A stretch of DNA of 64,000 bases from Candidatus Zixiibacteriota bacterium (GTDB lineage: Bacteria; Zixibacteria; MSB-5A5; GN15; JAAZOE01). The notes under the pieces were generated by a model, which worked only from the letters and a program-made list of their open reading frames with translations, was not told the origin of the DNA and made no database searches. Shown here piece after piece: positions 59,796-64,000 of the stretch; within the stretch, counting starts at the first letter, position 1; the number at the start of each line of letters is the position of its first letter. Made by a program: the position numbers and the translations under genes. The DNA lies in assembly GCA_030668485.1 (NCBI GenBank), contig DAOUTW010000013.1, positions 2,902 to 66,901 on the forward strand, written 5' to 3'.

Positions 59796-61745
59796 ATGTG
59801 CTCAAAATACTGTGCCGGAGTTTTTTGCGTTCTGATCGCGTGCCTTTTACTTACATCTCCTCTTTTTGGGGCTACCGACGAGGAAAATCCGGTCACCATT
59901 GAAAAGGGCTGGGGAAATATCGACAACCAACTTGCCGATACCTGCGACGGTCAATTACCGGGTGATGCCGACGGCGATGGCGGGTTAGGAGTCGGGGATT
60001 TGGTATATATCCTTAGTTACATCTGCTCTGGCGGATCCGACCCTTTCCCCTTGGCCAACGGTGACCCTAATGGAGATTGTGTCACCGACACCAATGATGT
60101 CATTTACATGAATGATTACATTTTCGGTGGCGGCCCCCTCCCGGTGACCTGTACATGCGTGGAGCCATTAAAAGGCCCTTGTAATATGGCGGACACCTGC
60201 GATGGGCAATTCCCCGGGGATGCCAATTCCGATGGCGGCCTGAATATATATGACGCTATCTTTATTACCGATTATATTTGTTTGGATGGTGCGCCGCCCG
60301 ATCCCCTGCCCAATGGCGATCCCAATGGAGACTGTGTTATTGACAGCAATGATGTCCTGTACCTGACCGCTCATCTATTTTCCGGCGGCCCGCCCCCGGT
60401 GGAATGCACCTGTGTCGAACCGGTAACCGGTTCCTGCTTCCTGACTGACCTCTGCCAGAATTCCTGGACCGATCCCGCTTTCCGGGTCTGCCCCGGAGGT
60501 GATGAGCCTTTCCGTGTCTACCTCCGTGATGCCTACAATCAACCCGTCGTGGGCGACTCGGCGATATGGATCGAATTTGTCGACTGCACGATCATCCAGC
60601 CCTGTCCGGAATCGTCGCAGGAATTTACCGTGCTCTATCCCCTGGCCCCTTCTGATGACAGCGGCATGATCACCTTTTATATGAACGGTGGTGGCTGTGA
60701 TAACAGTTGCTATGCCGTGATCAAAACCTCCTCATGCACCATTGACTCGGTCCCGGTAAAAGCCTTTGATATCGACGGCGATTTCGGTGTGTCGATCAAG
60801 AATGATTTCGATTTTTCCCACTGCAACGATTACAATGGCGACGGCCTGATCAATTATAATGACAACAATCTTTTCACCCCGCATGCCGGACACCATTGCG
60901 ACATCGATCCCTGCGACATGTTCGGATACGAGTTCAAGCTTGATCCCGAATCCAACCTGCTGCCCGACCAGCAGATAACTCTAAAGCTCGACCTGGCCAA
61001 CAATTCCTTTGATCCCTGCTATATCGGCATGATCGGGTTCTTTGCCTCTCCTTTTGGAACCGGGGGCGATGAGGAGTTAATCGAAACCGTGAATTTCGAT
61101 TCGACCTTGCTTCCCGGCACGGAAGCGTCGGTGGCCGTGGAGTATATCATTCCCGATACCGGTCATGGATGCGTCCATGCTCGATTTACAACCGATTGCT
61201 GCACCACCTCGGTGGAATTGACCCGGTGTTTTCAATCGACCCTGCATTGTATCCCGGACAGCAATGTGTGCTACGAATTGCGGATTCGTCTTGACCGGGT
61301 TCCCATTCTGGATACGCTGTGGCACGAATACGTTCTCCCCGGATGGCTGGTAGCACCGACTCATGTTCCCACCTTCCCGCTCTATACTCCGGATTCGATT
61401 GTACTCAACTTCTGTACTCCCAACATGAGTGACCTGGGAGATTCCTCATCGGTTATTATCACTGCCTGCTTTGACGATGATTGTATGGATTTCCAGGAAT
61501 TTGAAAACAGGGTAGTAATCGCCTCCCGTACCGGTGATGTCAATAATGATTGCTGGATCAATGTCGGCGATGCCGTCCATCTGATAAACTATATCTTCAA
61601 ATACGGCCCTGCGCCTGTGCCGGTGAATTCGGGCGACACCAATTGTGACTGCGGCGTAAACGTCGGTGACGCCGTAAAAGTGATCAATTACGTGTTCAAA
61701 GGCGGCTTGCCGCCCTGCACTATTGATGAGGCCGACTGCCCTTAA
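59796..61745 (+). CDS. Exported Cys-rich protein with three dockerin-type EF-hand domains (two N-terminal, one C-terminal)
   Basis: Signal peptide; GDADGDGGLGVGDLV, GDANSDGGLNIYDA, GDVNNDCWINVGDAVHLINYIFKYGPAP motifs. Confidence 0.85.
   Translation: MCSKYCAGVFCVLIACLLLTSPLFGATDEENPVTIEKGWGNIDNQLADTCDGQLPGDADGDGGLGVGDLVYILSYICSGGSDPFPLANGDPNGDCVTDTNDVIYMNDYIFGGGPLPVTCTCVEPLKGPCNMADTCDGQFPGDANSDGGLNIYDAIFITDYICLDGAPPDPLPNGDPNGDCVIDSNDVLYLTAHLFSGGPPPVECTCVEPVTGSCFLTDLCQNSWTDPAFRVCPGGDEPFRVYLRDAYNQPVVGDSAIWIEFVDCTIIQPCPESSQEFTVLYPLAPSDDSGMITFYMNGGGCDNSCYAVIKTSSCTIDSVPVKAFDIDGDFGVSIKNDFDFSHCNDYNGDGLINYNDNNLFTPHAGHHCDIDPCDMFGYEFKLDPESNLLPDQQITLKLDLANNSFDPCYIGMIGFFASPFGTGGDEELIETVNFDSTLLPGTEASVAVEYIIPDTGHGCVHARFTTDCCTTSVELTRCFQSTLHCIPDSNVCYELRIRLDRVPILDTLWHEYVLPGWLVAPTHVPTFPLYTPDSIVLNFCTPNMSDLGDSSSVIITACFDDDCMDFQEFENRVVIASRTGDVNNDCWINVGDAVHLINYIFKYGPAPVPVNSGDTNCDCGVNVGDAVKVINYVFKGGLPPCTIDEADCP
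59934..60443 (+). repeat. Intragenic tandem duplication, 255-nt period (85-aa dockerin unit x2)
   Basis: ADTCDGQ[L/F]PGDA...NGDPNGDCV...CTCVEP repeated at 59934 and 60189. Confidence 0.85.
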
Positions 61746-61761
61746 AAACAAGGTCGAATTC

Positions 61762-61794
61762 CGACAAAGCCCGCCATCCCCGGCGGGCTTTGTC
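61762..61794 (+). terminator. Terminator after dockerin gene 1
   Basis: GACAAAGCCCGCC/GGCGGGCTTTGTC 13-bp stem. Confidence 0.75.
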
Positions 61795-61848
61795 TATTTT
61801 CCCTTCTCGTAAAAACATACCGATACTATCAGCTTTCTCCTTTGGAGC

Positions 61849-61877
61849 TTGACAAAAAGGACTTTGTATTCTATTTT
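61849..61877 (+). promoter_or_regulatory. sigma70 promoter of dockerin gene 2
   Basis: TTGACA-17 nt-TATTTT. Confidence 0.5.
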
Positions 61878-61946
61878 ATAGTATAGTAATAATTGCCGAA
61901 TGTCAAAAAAGAAGTCGAAATACAAATTAATCCGGGGAGGGCGACT

Positions 61947-63584
61947 ATGATTACCCGGCTATATTTTCTTTTTAAGTGCCTGAGCGTATCTATCGTCATT
62001 TTGATGGTTTTTCCTTGCATCGTTTCTGCCGAGGGTCCTGAGATTTCATTTGAACCGCGCCACTTTTTGGATCCGCTTCACACCGCCCCCTATCAGGAAC
62101 TGGTTGTCACCCTGACAATCTCCAATAGCGGCGACGAAAATCTCAATATCTACAGCGTCACCGCAACCGATAGTTCCGGTCCCCCTCTGTGGATATCCAT
62201 CGGCTCCTATAGCTCTGTTATCAACACCAGCAGCTTCGACGAAGTCGACATCACCCTCAACGCCGGCGGAATACTGGGCGATTCCGATCCCGCCAGCTAT
62301 GATGCAATTATCACAATCACTCACGACGCCCCTTCTGCCACCGATAATGTTCAAGTTTCCTTGACCGTGGCCTCTGATTTCAATATGCCTGAAGAGGCTA
62401 TTCTCAACACGACCTGCAAACAATTAATGGTTTATAACACCGGCCGACTGGGCGGAGGTAACGACGATTATTCAATGAATATCCCCGATGACTGCGATTC
62501 GGTGGATACTCCTCCGAATGCATTAATGTACCTCAACCACGCCTCTCCCCTGATTGCCTGGCATGACGGCGAACAGGTTCGGGCCTACACGACTCTCTTT
62601 TCCCAGAATTTCACCGAGGATGGAACCTTTCGCCCGCAGAGTGATCTTAATTTCTATGAAGGACTCGGTCAGGTGGGAATAGGTTCTCTCGATATGATGG
62701 TTTGCACCTTGACGACCTCGGATTCACTTTTTGGTGTCATAATTCATTTGTTTGCACCGACGGACGGAGTCAACAGCTTCATAATCGGTCATTATGAGTT
62801 TTTGAACTGGAATCCGGTCAAGGGAGCCAATGAAGTATACCTGGGGATTATCGCCGACTGGGATATTCCATCGGATAACGCTGTTGATAACGGGAGCGGA
62901 TTTGATGCCCTTGCCAAAACGATGTGGCAATTCGGCGCTGATTATGATACCCTTGAGCAGGATAATATGGAAGCCTGCGGCGGTGTTGGAATGGCCGAGA
63001 CTGATCGTCTTGGCGGCGTAGCCATGCTCTATGGTGGTAGCGGTGATTTAAAAAACGCCTGGGCGGAGCCAAACGAGCCTTACCTGCTCGGTTCCGGATT
63101 CGATAAAGACTATCTATACGACAGAATGAGTACTTTAGCGGGTTATAATCCTTATACTGATGATTCGCTGGTGAATATCCATACCGGCATGACCTTTGAG
63201 ATGGTTGACTTCACCGCCAAAGCAGCATACAAATATGTCGTCGCATTCATCACCACCAATCAGGGGGAGATGGATTATCTGCATCAGTTTGTTGACGCTG
63301 AAAGGTGGGCATACGAGCAGGGGATAATACCGATGTTCGGAGTTCCCCAGCCGGGAGATGCCAACTGGGATTACCAGGTTAATGTCGGCGATGCGGTCTA
63401 TCTTATCAGCTACATCTTCAAAGGCGGACCGGCGCCAAGCTCAGGCCTCTGTGGCGGCGATGCCAATGGGGATTGTGCATGCAATGTCGGCGATGCGGTT
63501 TTTGTTATCAGTTATGTTTTCAAGGGCGGCCCGGCGCCGCCCGATTATTGGGATTGGAAGTTTCAATGCTTGTGGTTCCAGTAG
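61947..63584 (+). CDS. Exported protein with Ig-like N-terminal domain and C-terminal dockerin-type domain
   Basis: Signal peptide; LTISNSGDENLNI Ig-like motif; GDANWDYQVNVGDAVYLISYIFKGGPAP; SD GGGAGG before ATG 61947. Confidence 0.85.
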   Translation: MITRLYFLFKCLSVSIVILMVFPCIVSAEGPEISFEPRHFLDPLHTAPYQELVVTLTISNSGDENLNIYSVTATDSSGPPLWISIGSYSSVINTSSFDEVDITLNAGGILGDSDPASYDAIITITHDAPSATDNVQVSLTVASDFNMPEEAILNTTCKQLMVYNTGRLGGGNDDYSMNIPDDCDSVDTPPNALMYLNHASPLIAWHDGEQVRAYTTLFSQNFTEDGTFRPQSDLNFYEGLGQVGIGSLDMMVCTLTTSDSLFGVIIHLFAPTDGVNSFIIGHYEFLNWNPVKGANEVYLGIIADWDIPSDNAVDNGSGFDALAKTMWQFGADYDTLEQDNMEACGGVGMAETDRLGGVAMLYGGSGDLKNAWAEPNEPYLLGSGFDKDYLYDRMSTLAGYNPYTDDSLVNIHTGMTFEMVDFTAKAAYKYVVAFITTNQGEMDYLHQFVDAERWAYEQGIIPMFGVPQPGDANWDYQVNVGDAVYLISYIFKGGPAPSSGLCGGDANGDCACNVGDAVFVISYVFKGGPAPPDYWDWKFQCLWFQ

Positions 63585-63626
63585 TAATATCACAGGCAAT
63601 TATTTGAAGAAATCGGGAGGCAAACG

Positions 63627-64000
63627 ATGAGTACAAAATTTAAACTCACTACCGTCCTTTTCCCTATATTGGCCTTTCTATTCTTGACTTCCCTTTGCAC
63701 TGCGGCCGATAATCTTAACAACAAAACGACATTTCGTGCTGACCGGGCCCCCAGATTTTTGATTCCGGAAGCCAGAGACATTGGCAATGTAATGAGTGAC
63801 GACAAAGTTGTATTACGCATGGAAGCTGACAAGGCAAACCCCACTCAATCGCCGGGCACCCTTGTGGGTCTCAATATGTATGATATGCAGCATATCGGTT
63901 CTATGGGGAGGCAGATTTCTTTCAGTTTCTCCAATAACATCGTTTACATGTACTGGATGGGGCAGTTTGATCCTATAATGCCGGGAGACCGGCACATATA
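63627..64000 (+). CDS. Exported protein, truncated by the window edge (probably another member of the dockerin array)
   Basis: Hand translation MSTKFKLTTVLFPILAFLFLTSLCTAA...SPGTLVGLNMYDMQHIGSMGRQI..., open to the end; SD GGGAGG; not in the ORF track. Confidence 0.7.
   Translation, partial: MSTKFKLTTVLFPILAFLFLTSLCTAADNLNNKTTFRADRAPRFLIPEARDIGNVMSDDKVVLRMEADKANPTQSPGTLVGLNMYDMQHIGSMGRQISFSFSNNIVYMYWMGQFDPIMPGDRHI

Overview
Bacterial chromosomal window with no rRNA, CRISPR, IS or phage genes. The recurring C-terminal dockerin-like motif GDAN.D..VNVGDAV.LI.YIFKGGP.P suggests candidate phylum Zixibacteria (inference). Housekeeping blocks: punA/divIVA/yggS, a complete F1Fo ATP synthase operon, a complete classical menaquinone cluster (menFDHBACE, a thioesterase and a DAHP synthase), acn/gcvT/comB, and ispE-spoVG-tRNA-Gln-prs-rplY. 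These alternate with cell-surface genes carrying four different C-terminal sorting signals (IPTL-CTERM, PEP-CTERM, dockerin-like, YPNP-type CTD). The most striking locus is 18.2-24.4 kb: an exosortase H cluster with three IPTL-CTERM substrates. Two of the substrates are each preceded by a paralogous membrane ORF made of only the N-terminal membrane domain of Lnt (no nitrilase domain). Both ORFs end in R-P-R-A-P-P exactly 48 residues after a conserved Asn, although the linkers are unrelated in sequence. In unit 1 the RAPP codons are complementary to the downstream Shine-Dalgarno, and both leaders share a hairpin motif. This looks like an undescribed ribosome-stalling (arrest-peptide) control of exosortase-anchored surface proteins. 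All calls are by eye, without database searches.
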